Notes under the pieces: generated by a model
Database searches by the model: none
What the model was told of the DNA's origin: nothing
The model's input: the letters and a program-made list of their open reading frames with translations, nothing else
Origin: Monocercomonoides exilis PA203
Lineage: Eukaryota > Protista > Preaxostyla
Assembly: GCA_001643675.2 (NCBI GenBank)
Contig: LSRY02000007.1
Location: 1,798,001-1,862,000 of the forward strand
Reading direction: 5' to 3'
Length of the DNA stretch: 64,000 nt
Translations under genes and position numbers: made by a program
In this document: in pieces, positions 1-11,050 of the stretch
Numbering within the stretch: the stretch's first letter is position 1
Layout: each line of letters opens with the position of its first letter

Positions 1-821
1 CCTCTTTAAGAATTGAAAAATCACGTTCATCGTGTTTTATCTGCTTCAATGATCGCTTTTCATTCTGAAAATAAAACGGCCATTGCTGACTATATAAAGT
101 GTTGTGAAAAATTAATGTGTGAGGTACATCAACAAATGAGTTGCACACATAAAAATCAGAAATACAAATAAAAATATTAAAAAACAAGCAAACAAAAAAA
201 CACGAACAACTCAACCGCTCAGAAAAGAAAAAGTGAGTGAAAGAAATAATTTGTCAAAACATTTGAAGAAGCATATCTCAAAACACAGTTGTTATGTGAC
301 AAAATATTAAACGCAAAAACAGTGAAGAAACAATCAAACAAAAAAAGATAAGTGAAATCACAAATATCGATGCAAAAAGTGACAAAAGGATTCAAGCAGC
401 CAACCTGATCATCAAAAGAACATCTCATTAGCAAGAAGACTCCTCAAGATTGATCAGCATTTGAAACCGTCAGCATCACAAAAGCATCAACAAAATGAAG
501 AGGCGATGTGAAAACTCGAAATGGCTTCCAGGCTTCAGACAGGTGACAAAAATACAAACAAAAATGTGAATTACAACAACAACAACAAAAATAAAATCAA
601 AATTGATGTGTTTGTGGTGGTGTAATGTTTTTCTTTTCTTTTTTTTTATAGCCAGCGGTCTTTCATTTTCTTTTTTCTCCCCTTCTCCATGCACGGTGAC
701 AGTTTCTTTTCAACACTGCTTTCTGCAACACCATATTGTTCCAATAGATGGTTCAATGCATCCGCATGCTCATCTGAATTTCATCCCTTCATGCACATTC
801 TTCTTCATCCATTGCCCTCAT

Positions 822-3800
822 TCAGTCCTCTGTGAATATTGCATCTGTTGCTGTCACGATTATTGCTTCTTCTGGAAAGTGCCCAATCAGCCACCGCTTC
901 ACATCTGTCAGCGAAGGCCTCTCTGTCAAATCCCCCAGCACACACTTCTTCACAAACTCTCTTCCCCACTCGCACTCAACCACCCCAATATTCGGACGCT
1001 CCCCATTCACAATCTTCTGTCCAGCAATTTCTGCCTCATACTCCCCAAACGGGATTTGAAGAGTCAAGCATTCCCACAGCATCATCCCAATCGAAAAGAC
1101 AACAGATTCCTTCGTTGCTTCCCTCTTCTTGTTCATCAGCAGCTCAGGCGCCTTCCACCTCAGACACTCTTTTTTGAAATTGTCATCCTCGTCCTCAAAG
1201 GCTGATGATGGCAAAGAGTCGCTGTTATCATCAACACTGGCTGATGTAACAACAGTTGATGAAGAAATGGATGATGGATCAGAGTCATCATCTGACAATA
1301 AGTCCGAATGCATCACAATACAGATGATCATGTGCTCTGAGAACAACACAATGTGAGGACTCAGACTGGACAATGACTGAAGAGGATTTTCCATTTCATC
1401 AAACGAGTGGAGAGCTCCATTTGCAACCCAGAACAACACCTGTGCAGCTGTCTGTTCCCTCTCCTGCAGAGTGCTTATCGCCATCTCCTTCTTCTCGTTC
1501 CTCCCATGAAGCAGCATGAACAGCGAATCCCTCAGATCCACAATCAATTTCTCATGAGGCGATGAACAGGCCATTGCATCCACCAGATTCGACATGGATG
1601 AGGTGGTTGGGCACAGATCCTCCCCTCGAACAAATGTTGAATCTGAATCAGTTGAACATGTTGAAGAAATGGATGGTGATGGAGTTCTCTTTCTAATCTC
1701 TTCTTCTTCTTTCTCATCAACCTTCTCCAGCATCCATTGAGGGATTTTGTCTGAGTCCTTACCTAATATATATTCAGTTGATCCGCTTTCAGCCAGCAAA
1801 TACTCTTCAGACTCTGAATGAACCATCTCTTTTCCATTTATTCTTTTCTTCATGTTTTCTTCATTCTTCTTCTCTGCCTCCTTCTCTGCTCTCCTACACT
1901 GCGCCTCTGGCGACATTTCCATCGTAACCATCTCAATTAGCTTCGGATCCTTTTTGACTGTGTCATTCACAATCTCCTCAAGTTCTTCTGTTCTTTCCTT
2001 TTGTCTCCTCCACCGAACAATGAATATAATTGATACAATCAGAACAATCAAAAACAAAGCAGTCAACACAACAACAATTATTGGCCATATCAATCTTTCT
2101 TTCTTTCCTCCTTCAACAATCCTTTCATCTCCTTTTGGTGGAGTGATGCTCTTATTCTTCAAAATGAATGGCTGAGTTAAGGAAGGAGCTTCTGCATTCC
2201 CAAACAAAATTTGCACGCTCACTTCAATTTCGTCTCCACAACTGCCGATGAGATCTTTTGCCACACTTCCTTCAACTTCTCTTTCTGATAAAAACCCATT
2301 TGAATCAAAATCATATTTTTCAATCTCTTTCTCTTCTCCCTTCTTCTTCACAACTGAGAACGACAAATTGCATGGAACAAGAAGCATTCCTTTGAATGTC
2401 AGTTTCATTCTATCTGCCTCTTCTTTTGTTTCCACACTCTCCAGAACAGGGATGAAAAATGATGAATCCCTTTCCGAAACAATCCCTTCAAAACTGCACC
2501 CTTCATTCAACATCCAAAGTGATGTATTTCTCTCCAATCCATCTCCTCCTTTTAAACTCATCACATTTAATGCTCCCGAATCAGAGCAGATGATATTTCT
2601 TCTCAGCGATGGATATCCTTCAATGGATGGATTATTGTTCATAAACTCTCCTTTCTCAATTATCACATTTCCTCCTCTCATTGTGACTCCACCTTCTGAT
2701 GAATTTAAAATTATTGTGTCTTTCATCAAAACAGAACTCTTCACAACATCAATAAGAGATCCTTCCAATCTGCACTTCTTTTCTTCTTCTGCATTCAAAT
2801 ATTGTTCATTTCTTTTATTTGAACTCCCATCAAAAACGCAACTGTCCATTTTCACATCTGTGCAATTCTCTAATTTCATCAATTTTCCTTTTGCTTTGTT
2901 TGAACTGACTCCACTTATTGTGATATTTGCTAATTGCACTGTCTTTTTCATTGACAGGCATGATATCAGTGAATCTTCATTTCCTTCAACTGTGATATTA
3001 TCTGTGTTGAAATTCTTGGTTGTTAATTGTCCACATTCATTAATATCTATCAGAGAAGTTTTAATTGTAGAATTTAAAATCGTTAATGAATCAATAACTG
3101 ATTGAAGTGATGATGAAAGATGCAATGCAGATTCATGAAGAATAAGATTTGATATTGTGCATCCATCAAGTTGCAATTCTCCTTTTCCCATATAACTTAT
3201 GTGAAATGGAATGTTTGCAAATTCAGCATTAACTCCATCTATCAGTTGTTTTGAACTGAATGAACAATTCATTATTTCCAGAATCCCTCCCTCTGGAGAT
3301 ATCAGTGATTCATGTGCGGAAGCGAAATTCGAATCAAACACAAAACTCAATCTCAACAATGAGACTGTTCCCCCTGTTGTTATCAAAGTCTCTCTTGTTC
3401 TTTCAATCCCTGTTTCCACTTCAACTTTGCACATCTCTCTGTTCTTCGAACTCAGACTCAACTCCTCCAGTTCTATCTCTTCCCCAATCACACTCTCTTC
3501 AACAACAATCATAACACTCATGAAATCTGAAGTCAGATGTATCAGTCCATAATCAACTGAATCACATGGAAGCGTGTTTGTTCCACATTGTCTCTCATTC
3601 GATCCATTCACACTGCTCACAATAATTGTGTCACTCTGATGAATTGTCACAAAATCAATAAGATCAGTGTCGCTTGGATAATCACTTTCATCTCTTCCAT
3701 ATATCGCATTTATTCGTGAATAACGATTCTCTCGAAGATCAAACTGAAATTGCATTTCATTGATCTGCGATGAGATGTTGAAGCACTCAATGAAAATGTC

Positions 3801-6800
3801 GTTCCCGGCTCTTGCTGTGTTTGCACTGAACTTCATCCCCACAAATGTGAAATCAAGAAGCCCTGTTTCCTTTGTTGCCAAATACACTCCTCCTCCTTTT
3901 CCTGAACTAATGCTGCAGCTGCAATGGCTGATTGTTGAGTCAATCATCTTCATTGATCCAGATGCACCCAATGTGAAGAATATGGCTCCTCCTTTTTCGC
4001 TAGATTCTGCTTTTCCTTCTGTGATGTTGCTCTCATTCACAACCAAACAAATCTTATTCTCACTTTTTGACTCCAGAATGCTTGCTCCATTGCCACTTCT
4101 CTTCACTCCTGAAAATGATGAATTATCAATATTGAGATTCATTTCTTCACCCACTTCATTTATCTTTGTTGTTGATTCAGATCCTTTGATCAGAAGAAGA
4201 CATCCTCCACTTTCATTCAACGAATCCATACGAACATCCACCAAATGGACTGAAACTCCAGCATCATGAATGACAAATATACTGTTTCCAACATTGCATG
4301 ATTCCATCGACAAATCGCTCACTTCCACATTGCCTCCAATCGCATCCACAAATACACAATCAAATCCATTATTCATTCCTGCTTCTGAATGGAATGCGCA
4401 TCCAGTTATCACCAAATCTCCTCTGTTGGAAATAATTGTTTTGGCTGAATAGTCAAATCCAGATGCAAGTTGAAGTTGGATATTTGTCAATTCAAGATGA
4501 TCATCATTTCCCATGAAATATTCCAGTTGACTTCCAATTGACTTTTCAAAATTCAAAATCGATTTCATATCCTCTTCTCCCATTGAAGAAGCTTTTTTGA
4601 TCTGGTAATTGGACAGGTCATATGAATCTTGAATAATAGTCGATCCTTCTATCTGAATTGTTTTATTTCCATCATCCTTTTTCATGTTTTCCATCCCTTT
4701 CCATATCGTGAAGCATGGTTCTTCCTCACTTCCACATCTTGCAACATCAAATCCTTCAGATGAGATAAATATCTCAAATGAGCTGTATGGAATCAGGAAC
4801 ATGAATAAATCTTTGTTTGAATGATAGTAATCACTTCCAACAAACAAAGTACCATCTTTTATCATGGACAAGTAATTGAAGTGGAATGAATCATTTGTCA
4901 CAGAACTGTTGAAATCCTTTCCCAAAATGAACATATTCTTTCCAATGGCCGCTTTGTTGTTTGCAAACGAAACGTTTTCAAAAAGGAATGGTGTATTATC
5001 CAAACAATCTTCGCAGTCCAAATACAGGAATCCTCCTTTTCCGTTGATCGTTGAAAGTGAACAAGATGATGCATTTGCTGATTTAATGACCAAATCTTCG
5101 TCATTTTTTAATGTCACTTTTGCAACGCCTCCTTCTCCACTGCCAGCATTTTCAATCCTCGAAAAGTTGCTGCTTTCAAACAAAACAGAAGAAGATATCA
5201 TCAATGGAGATTCACCATATGAATGCTCAAAAATGCACCCTTCCATTGAACAATTCAACAGCTTCGCTTTGTATTTTTGTTCAGTATCTCCTTCATTCAC
5301 ATTTGATGAGAAAAGTGAAAATGAAAACAACGAGACAGACGATTTCACTTCTGAAATCGTAACAGAATCCAGTTCAACCATCTTCCCTGTCGATTTGATC
5401 AAAGAAAATTCAATTGTGTTTTCCTTCTCTCCAACCACACTCATCATGCAGTTCTTCATGTGCAACTCCCCATTTTGAGTGCTTGATTCGATCACTGATG
5501 TGATTTTCCTCTCAAAACTCGATGGAACAACAATCCCGATGAACTCCATTTCTGTCAGCGATTCTGACTTCAGAATGCATTCTTCAGACCCACTCACTTC
5601 TCTTTGGCATTCGATTCTTATCATTTCCTCCTCTTTTGCTTTTATAAGCACTCTTCCCACATCCAAACATCCAGCTACTGTCGATTTCGAACACACAACA
5701 ATTTCTTCTTTTATGTTCTGTGTTCTCTTCAGATGCCCTGCCCCGTAGTCCACACTCTTGCATGGCACCTTTTCAATCCCACAATACAATACCTCCATCC
5801 CAGATGTTCCATCGATAAACACCTTGTCAGCTTTGTATCCATCGAGAAATATAAACAAATCGACATTCCAGTTGCCAAATACCTCTGTTCTGTCATGTCC
5901 AACAATCGAGTTGTCTTTCTGAGTGATGTTTCCCACGAAGGCAAAGGAAGAGTCGTTCACAGAAGCGACAAGCGACTCACATACGAAATACATATCTCTT
6001 CCGACACTGGCCTTGTTGCCTGAAAACGCGATATTGGTGATGGAAAAGGTTGTGGATGACACTTGTGACCCTTGGTTGAACTCGATCATGAGAGCACCGC
6101 CTCTTCCTCCAGAACTTGTATCCTCGCTCACACAGCAGGTGGAGAAGGTTGTGTTCCTCACAGAAAATGTGTTGGCAGTGGAAGATGAGGTGAATGAGAT
6201 ACACCCGCCATTGGTGGCAGTCTGTTGGTTTTGTGGAGCTGAGTCGATGTTGATGATGGTGCAGTTGGTGAGGGAGAGGGAGAGGGCAGGGGAGGTGGAA
6301 GAGGAGAGGACACAGCTGGTGGGGGTGGCTGTGGAGGTGATGCCGGTGATGTTGGAGGAGTTGAGGGTGAGTGGAGCTGTGAGGGAGGTGAGGTGGAAGA
6401 TGCTTTGGCTGTTGAGGGAGAGTTGGGTGATTGCTGTGTGGTTGAGGGCGAGGGAGCCAGCAGTGAGGAAGAAGAGGGGGGTTGTGATTGATGATGAAGA
6501 TGAGGTTGTTCCGGTGATGGTGGTTGTGTTGAGGTTGAGTGAAGGGGAGTTTTTGGAGAGGTGGAAGAGGATGGGGGTGATTTGGTTTGTGGAGTTGTGG
6601 GCGATGGCGAGGGCAGAGACTGTGAGGGAGCCCTGGGTCTGTTGGAAGAGGGCAGAAGTGGAAGATGTATCAGTGGATGATGAAGGAGAGGAAAAAGAAG
6701 TTGGTTGGGGAATTCCACTGGAGGCGATGATGGTAGCAGTTGTGGCATTTCCTGTGATTTTTGTATTTGGTGCACGGAATGTGAGAGTCTTTGTGGGAGT

Positions 6801-8720
6801 GAATGTGGAGAAGAGAAGAGAGAGGGAGGCATCGCTGAAGGGAGCAATGCACCTGAGAGCATACTCCACTGTGGCACATGGGCTTTGCTGTGTTTTGCCG
6901 CAGGCATCGACATCACTTCCACTGTTGCCAACGATTTTGTTCTGGTCGATGATTGGAAGCCAGCTGTTGTACATTGAGTTTTCTGCAGTTCCTGCGTTCC
7001 AGACTCTTTTCGTTGGGGTTGTTGAGCCACAATTCTCGAATGGAGATTGGATGATGCTGTTTCCATTGAAGAACACATCATTTCCTCTTCCATTTGTTGC
7101 GGTGTTGCCATCGAAGAAGCAGAAAGTGATGAATTTTATTCCATTCATCCAGGAATAAGAAGGTTCAAAACAAATTGCTGCACCTCCGAATGTGGAGGAA
7201 TTTGATGTCAATTTATTATTTATGAACTGGCAATCATTTATCGAAAACTTATTTGGCTTATAATTCGGAGGATTTTTCAATGTTAAAGAACCAGCTGAAT
7301 CTCCTCCAGAATTTGCAATGCACCTGCATTTGGAAAACAAGAATTTGCAAGTTGAGTTCATATGACCAATCGCAATATACCAGCCAGTTCCATAAAAATC
7401 TGTAATTGAACAATTTTCCACTCTGTTTTCTGAAAATAAATAAGCAGAATTTATTTGCGGCCAGCCAACATAAGCAGCTCCTCCATGAGCCGCAGAACAA
7501 TTTGTTATATTGGATTTTTTAATGTTAACATTTAACGGATATATGCAAAATAATGCTCCTCCTTCCCCATTAGTCGAGCAGTTGTTGAATGAGCAAGAAG
7601 TTATTGTGAGATTTGCATTTGTGCAATTAATATAAAGTGCACCTCCATGACTTGATCCACCAGTTGTATCATCCCATTCGCACCATTCAAAGATATAGCT
7701 ATTCAAATTAGTAAAAGACAATCGACTTAATTTCTCTCTGTGAGTTTCATTTCCAATATGTTCAACAGGATCATTTGGTGCAGATCGAGTTTGGTGGAGG
7801 AAAGATGTGTTGAAAGCAGAAAGAGAAGTGAATGGGTTGTTAAGGTTGGGGAGAATGTCTCCATCAATGGGGTTGTGAATGTGGAGGAAGACGGTTGAAT
7901 GGATGGAGATAGAGGAATGATAGGAAAAAGAGGGAATTATGTGGGTGTTCGCGTGGGTGTTTGTGTTTGTGGTGCTTGTGGTGGTGGTGAATGAGTTGTG
8001 CGAGTGTGTGTGATTGGCAGGAATGATGTGTGTGGATTGTGGTGCAGTGGTGATGTTCGTGAAGAGTGTGTGTGAGAGATGGAGATGAATAAGGGAAGAA
8101 GAAGGAGTAATGGAAGAAGAAGAAAAAAGGAAGGGCTGAATGAGGGAGATGAAAGAGGAGAAGGAAGAATAAGAGATGGAGAAGGAGGCGGGGATTGGGG
8201 AGTGAGTGGAAGAGAGGGAATTTGGAGGGACGGAGAAGAGGGGGAAGGAGAGGAATGCTGGTTGAGGGATTTGGAAAGAGAAGTTTGTGAGGGCGAGGGA
8301 GCTGTGGGCAGAGAGGAAAAGCGGGTGGTGTTTGTGATTGTGGTGGGGGTGGATTTGGCAGGTGGTGGAGCGGATGGTGGTGGATGAGTGGTGGTGAGAA
8401 GTGAGGAGCGTGCATCCGCAGAGAGGCGCCATGGTGAGATGGCTCGCACACAACGAGCTGTTGATGATTTCGAGACTTGTTTGAACACAGCAGATGCAAT
8501 TGTCAGCTGCGCTCCAATTCGTTTCCCTCTGAATAGTAAAATTATTGTTACACTTGACATTTTCGTGTGCATTGCTCGACATGCTGTTCCGGATCTCCTC
8601 GCTCATTTTTTGCAGAATTTGTGCATTGGCGTTACCCTCAGCATTAAGGCATCTTACACAAAGCAACAGAAATGCAACAATATTGAACGCAGCTTTTGCG
8701 CTGGTGAAGCGTCTCACCAT
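822..8720 (-). CDS. Giant type-I membrane receptor-like protein: signal peptide, beta-helix-like repeat ectodomain (4 'GxD..CG....PC' modules), one TM helix, C-terminal TKL-like pseudokinase
   Basis: Uninterrupted ORF of about 2630 aa; first in-frame ATG at 8720 (MVRRFTSAKAAFNIVAFLLLCV, signal-like). Repeated GGA/GGxIY..F..N.A..G.D motifs; TM WPIIVVVLTALFLIVLIVSIIFIV followed by RWRR; kinase C-lobe motifs LRWKAPE, VFSIGMMLWE, IPF, GERP, RPSL; no recognisable HRD or DFG. Confidence 0.85.
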   Translation of the reverse strand: MVRRFTSAKAAFNIVAFLLLCVRCLNAEGNANAQILQKMSEEIRNSMSSNAHENVKCNNNFTIQRETNWSAADNCICCVQTSLEIINSSLCASHLTMAPLCGCTLLTSHHHSSTTIRSTTCQIHPHHNHKHHPLFLSAHSSLALTNFSFQIPQPAFLSFPLFSVPPNSLSSTHSPIPASFSISYSSFSSFISLIQPFLFSSSSITPSSSLIHLHLSHTLFTNITTAPQSTHIIPANHTHSHNSFTTTTSTTNTNTHANTHIIPSFSYHSSISIHSTVFLHIHNPIDGDILPNLNNPFTSLSAFNTSFLHQTRSAPNDPVEHIGNETHREKLSRLSFTNLNSYIFEWCEWDDTTGGSSHGGALYINCTNANLTITSCSFNNCSTNGEGGALFCIYPLNVNIKKSNITNCSAAHGGAAYVGWPQINSAYLFSENRVENCSITDFYGTGWYIAIGHMNSTCKFLFSKCRCIANSGGDSAGSLTLKNPPNYKPNKFSINDCQFINNKLTSNSSTFGGAAICFEPSYSWMNGIKFITFCFFDGNTATNGRGNDVFFNGNSIIQSPFENCGSTTPTKRVWNAGTAENSMYNSWLPIIDQNKIVGNSGSDVDACGKTQQSPCATVEYALRCIAPFSDASLSLLFSTFTPTKTLTFRAPNTKITGNATTATIIASSGIPQPTSFSSPSSSTDTSSTSALFQQTQGSLTVSALAIAHNSTNQITPILFHLSKNSPSLNLNTTTITGTTSSSSSITTPLFFLTAGSLALNHTAITQLSLNSQSIFHLTSLTAPLTLNSSNITGITSTATPTSCVLSSSTSPALSLSLTNCTIINIDSAPQNQQTATNGGCISFTSSSTANTFSVRNTTFSTCCVSEDTSSGGRGGALMIEFNQGSQVSSTTFSITNIAFSGNKASVGRDMYFVCESLVASVNDSSFAFVGNITQKDNSIVGHDRTEVFGNWNVDLFIFLDGYKADKVFIDGTSGMEVLYCGIEKVPCKSVDYGAGHLKRTQNIKEEIVVCSKSTVAGCLDVGRVLIKAKEEEMIRIECQREVSGSEECILKSESLTEMEFIGIVVPSSFERKITSVIESSTQNGELHMKNCMMSVVGEKENTIEFSLIKSTGKMVELDSVTISEVKSSVSLFSFSLFSSNVNEGDTEQKYKAKLLNCSMEGCIFEHSYGESPLMISSSVLFESSNFSRIENAGSGEGGVAKVTLKNDEDLVIKSANASSCSLSTINGKGGFLYLDCEDCLDNTPFLFENVSFANNKAAIGKNMFILGKDFNSSVTNDSFHFNYLSMIKDGTLFVGSDYYHSNKDLFMFLIPYSSFEIFISSEGFDVARCGSEEEPCFTIWKGMENMKKDDGNKTIQIEGSTIIQDSYDLSNYQIKKASSMGEEDMKSILNFEKSIGSQLEYFMGNDDHLELTNIQLQLASGFDYSAKTIISNRGDLVITGCAFHSEAGMNNGFDCVFVDAIGGNVEVSDLSMESCNVGNSIFVIHDAGVSVHLVDVRMDSLNESGGCLLLIKGSESTTKINEVGEEMNLNIDNSSFSGVKRSGNGASILESKSENKICLVVNESNITEGKAESSEKGGAIFFTLGASGSMKMIDSTISHCSCSISSGKGGGVYLATKETGLLDFTFVGMKFSANTARAGNDIFIECFNISSQINEMQFQFDLRENRYSRINAIYGRDESDYPSDTDLIDFVTIHQSDTIIVSSVNGSNERQCGTNTLPCDSVDYGLIHLTSDFMSVMIVVEESVIGEEIELEELSLSSKNREMCKVEVETGIERTRETLITTGGTVSLLRLSFVFDSNFASAHESLISPEGGILEIMNCSFSSKQLIDGVNAEFANIPFHISYMGKGELQLDGCTISNLILHESALHLSSSLQSVIDSLTILNSTIKTSLIDINECGQLTTKNFNTDNITVEGNEDSLISCLSMKKTVQLANITISGVSSNKAKGKLMKLENCTDVKMDSCVFDGSSNKRNEQYLNAEEEKKCRLEGSLIDVVKSSVLMKDTIILNSSEGGVTMRGGNVIIEKGEFMNNNPSIEGYPSLRRNIICSDSGALNVMSLKGGDGLERNTSLWMLNEGCSFEGIVSERDSSFFIPVLESVETKEEADRMKLTFKGMLLVPCNLSFSVVKKKGEEKEIEKYDFDSNGFLSEREVEGSVAKDLIGSCGDEIEVSVQILFGNAEAPSLTQPFILKNKSITPPKGDERIVEGGKKERLIWPIIVVVLTALFLIVLIVSIIFIVRWRRQKERTEELEEIVNDTVKKDPKLIEMVTMEMSPEAQCRRAEKEAEKKNEENMKKRINGKEMVHSESEEYLLAESGSTEYILGKDSDKIPQWMLEKVDEKEEEEIRKRTPSPSISSTCSTDSDSTFVRGEDLCPTTSSMSNLVDAMACSSPHEKLIVDLRDSLFMLLHGRNEKKEMAISTLQEREQTAAQVLFWVANGALHSFDEMENPLQSLSSLSPHIVLFSEHMIICIVMHSDLLSDDDSDPSSISSSTVVTSASVDDNSDSLPSSAFEDEDDNFKKECLRWKAPELLMNKKREATKESVVFSIGMMLWECLTLQIPFGEYEAEIAGQKIVNGERPNIGVVECEWGREFVKKCVLGDLTERPSLTDVKRWLIGHFPEEAIIVTATDAIFTED

Positions 8721-9849
8721 GGATGTGGATGCAAACAAAAACTCAAAATGAAAAATTCCTGCGCCCTTTATTAGATTATCTTCAGTTTTATTACGATTTC
8801 AAAAATCATCGAAAATATGTATTTTGATAAAGGAATATAAATAGAAAGTGATCATTATGATTGCAATTTGTTCTTTCAACATTTTCTTTTTTCTTTTATC
8901 TTTTACTGGGATTTTTTGTTTTCTAATAAATTAAAAATTAACTTTAGAAAAAAAAAAGTTTTGAAAATCTTGAAAAAATAAAGAAAATAAATTGAATATT
9001 TTAAACGATAGCACTGCATGATATTTTCAAAAAGGCACAAACATCAAGAAAAGAAATTCCGAAATGTTATAAAAAATAAACTAAATATTTTGTTTTCTAT
9101 TTTTTCTTTTTGAAAAATCTTCCACAAATGACTTGTCCCCTCAAAGATTCATGAACAAAATCAATTTTCGCCTGCTCAATTATCGTCTGTTTCAGTCTTA
9201 TTTCCGATCTTTTGAGCAGTTTAGCGTTCCTCCAGCTTCTTCCCTTGCTTTCCGAAATTCCATTTGATTTCATTGAACTTCAAAAGAGAAATCAAAACAC
9301 TTTAAAGGGAAAGATGATTTTATGAAATGAATATGATTGAAAAGAAAATGATGCTTTCTTTTGGCCATTGGCTTGTCTGTTACAGCCTCTCAGCCAAAAA
9401 TGCCCACTTTCTCTTTCCATCGCTCTTTCTCCTTCTTTCTCTCCTTCTTTTTCTCCTTCCAATGTGCCTCCTTAAATAATCATCAAGTATTTGATATCCA
9501 CAGCCCATTCTGAGCGAGCAAGAGAAAAGAAGGCTTCACAAGTGATGAAGAAGACGGAGAAATCACATTCTCAAAACCGTCTTGCATTTTCTGTCCAAAA
9601 GGTTTCATTTGCCTCTTTTTTATTCTTCAACAGTTAAACATTCCTCAAATAACACAAATTCGTTTGTTGCGTTGGAAGTTCACAAAACTGTTCTTTTCAA
9701 ACGAAGATGAAGCAACAATTCCTGATTGTAATTTTTGTTCTTCCTTTGATGATGATGATAATAATATTAATGGAAGTTGGAAGGAATGAAGGAATGAAGA
9801 AAAAAATAATAAAATAGAGATTCTCATATGAGATGGCTGATGTGTTGAG

Positions 9850-11050
9850 AAGTGATTGAAAACAGAGGAATATTTTGAGGAAGATGATGAATTCTCTGTG
9901 AAGCAGACGGAGAATATGATGTCATTAGCATAGCCGATTGATGAATGAATTGCAGAAGAATTAGAAAAAAAAACGCTATTTGAGATGATTCGATTGAAGA
10001 AGAAGATTGTGAAGATACAAACACCATCAAATATCTGCTTTCTGCTCTTTTATTCAAATAGCTGTCAAATAAATTGTATTCCTGTTGTTTTCTTCAACAA
10101 AACTATTGCTCCTTCAAATCATGCTGATGAATTGCCAATCAGAAATTCAATGAAGAAGAGTCAGTGTGAGATGCATTTCTGAAAGTGGAATCTTCAACTT
10201 TTTTCTGTTGGACAAATGAATTATTGACATTCTTTCTTGTCTTCTCCAAGAAACAGATGAAGCTGATTCCTTTTCTTCCCTTGCTTCAGTCTCCTCACTT
10301 CTGGCAAAGGCCACAAATGAATTCCAAAAGATGCTTCCAAAAATGGCAACTTTTCGAAAAATGCTCAAAAAGAATACGTTTTCATTGAATTCGCTCAATT
10401 CTCGCTTGTTCCATCTTCCAGAGAAGGGAAAAAATGAGATAGAAAATACAACCAAAAACAAAAACATGAGCAAAATATGACGAGGAGGAGGAGGAAGAAG
10501 AATTTGAAGACGAAGACGAAAAAGATGAAGAAGAAAAAGAAGACGAAGAAGACGAAGAAGACGAAGAAGACGAAGAAGACGAAGAAGACGACGACGACGA
10601 AGAAGAAGAAGAAGAGGAGGAGGAGGAGGAAGAAGAAGAAGAAGAAGAAGAAGAAGAAGAAGATCATGTGAATGCAATTGTTGAAATCAAAAGAGATGAG
10701 CGTGCGAATATTGATGAGGTGTTGGGCGAAGTGTGAAAAGGAATGGAAGTCTCTTCAGAATGCAATGAGTTTTGCAGGTTGGCAGTGAGAAGTGCAGTCT
10801 CATTGGCAGATGAGAAAAAAGTATTTGTTGATGATCAGCATCAACGAGGTTGCGACAGTGGAGAGGAGAAAAAGAAAAGAAACAAGACAAAATGGATACA
10901 AAATGAGTTGTTTTGCTGAGCATTCATGCAAAGTCCTTCTGCAGATGTTGTTTCTGAACTGAATCTCTTCTTCTTCTTCTTCTTCTTCTTCTTCTGCTGC
11001 TGCTGCTGCTTCTGCTTTTGGCAATTCCGAGACAGTTTTGCAAATGCCAA
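9850..11050 (+). pseudogene. Decayed coding remnant with long acidic (Glu/Asp) tract, possibly helical/HEAT-like
   Basis: Hand translation gives protein-like pieces (IIDILSCLLQETDEADSFSSLASVSSLLAKATNEFQKMLP; DEEEE...DHVNAIVEIKRDERANIDEVLGEV*KGM) broken by stops and frameshifts; no family securely recognised. Confidence 0.3.
10479..10664. repeat. Compound trinucleotide microsatellite (GAA/GAC/GAG)n
   Basis: Directly visible gaagaagac, gacgac, gaggag and gaagaa runs. Confidence 0.9.

Noticed and set aside
1129-8774. Many long plus-strand ORFs antisense to the first receptor gene (e.g. 5923-7158, 2248-3105)
   Set aside because: Shadow ORFs caused by codon and strand bias of the real minus-strand gene; low-complexity translations with no independent motifs.
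10147-10677. Poly-Leu, poly-Phe and poly-Lys ORFs
   Set aside because: Alternative-frame translations of a trinucleotide microsatellite.
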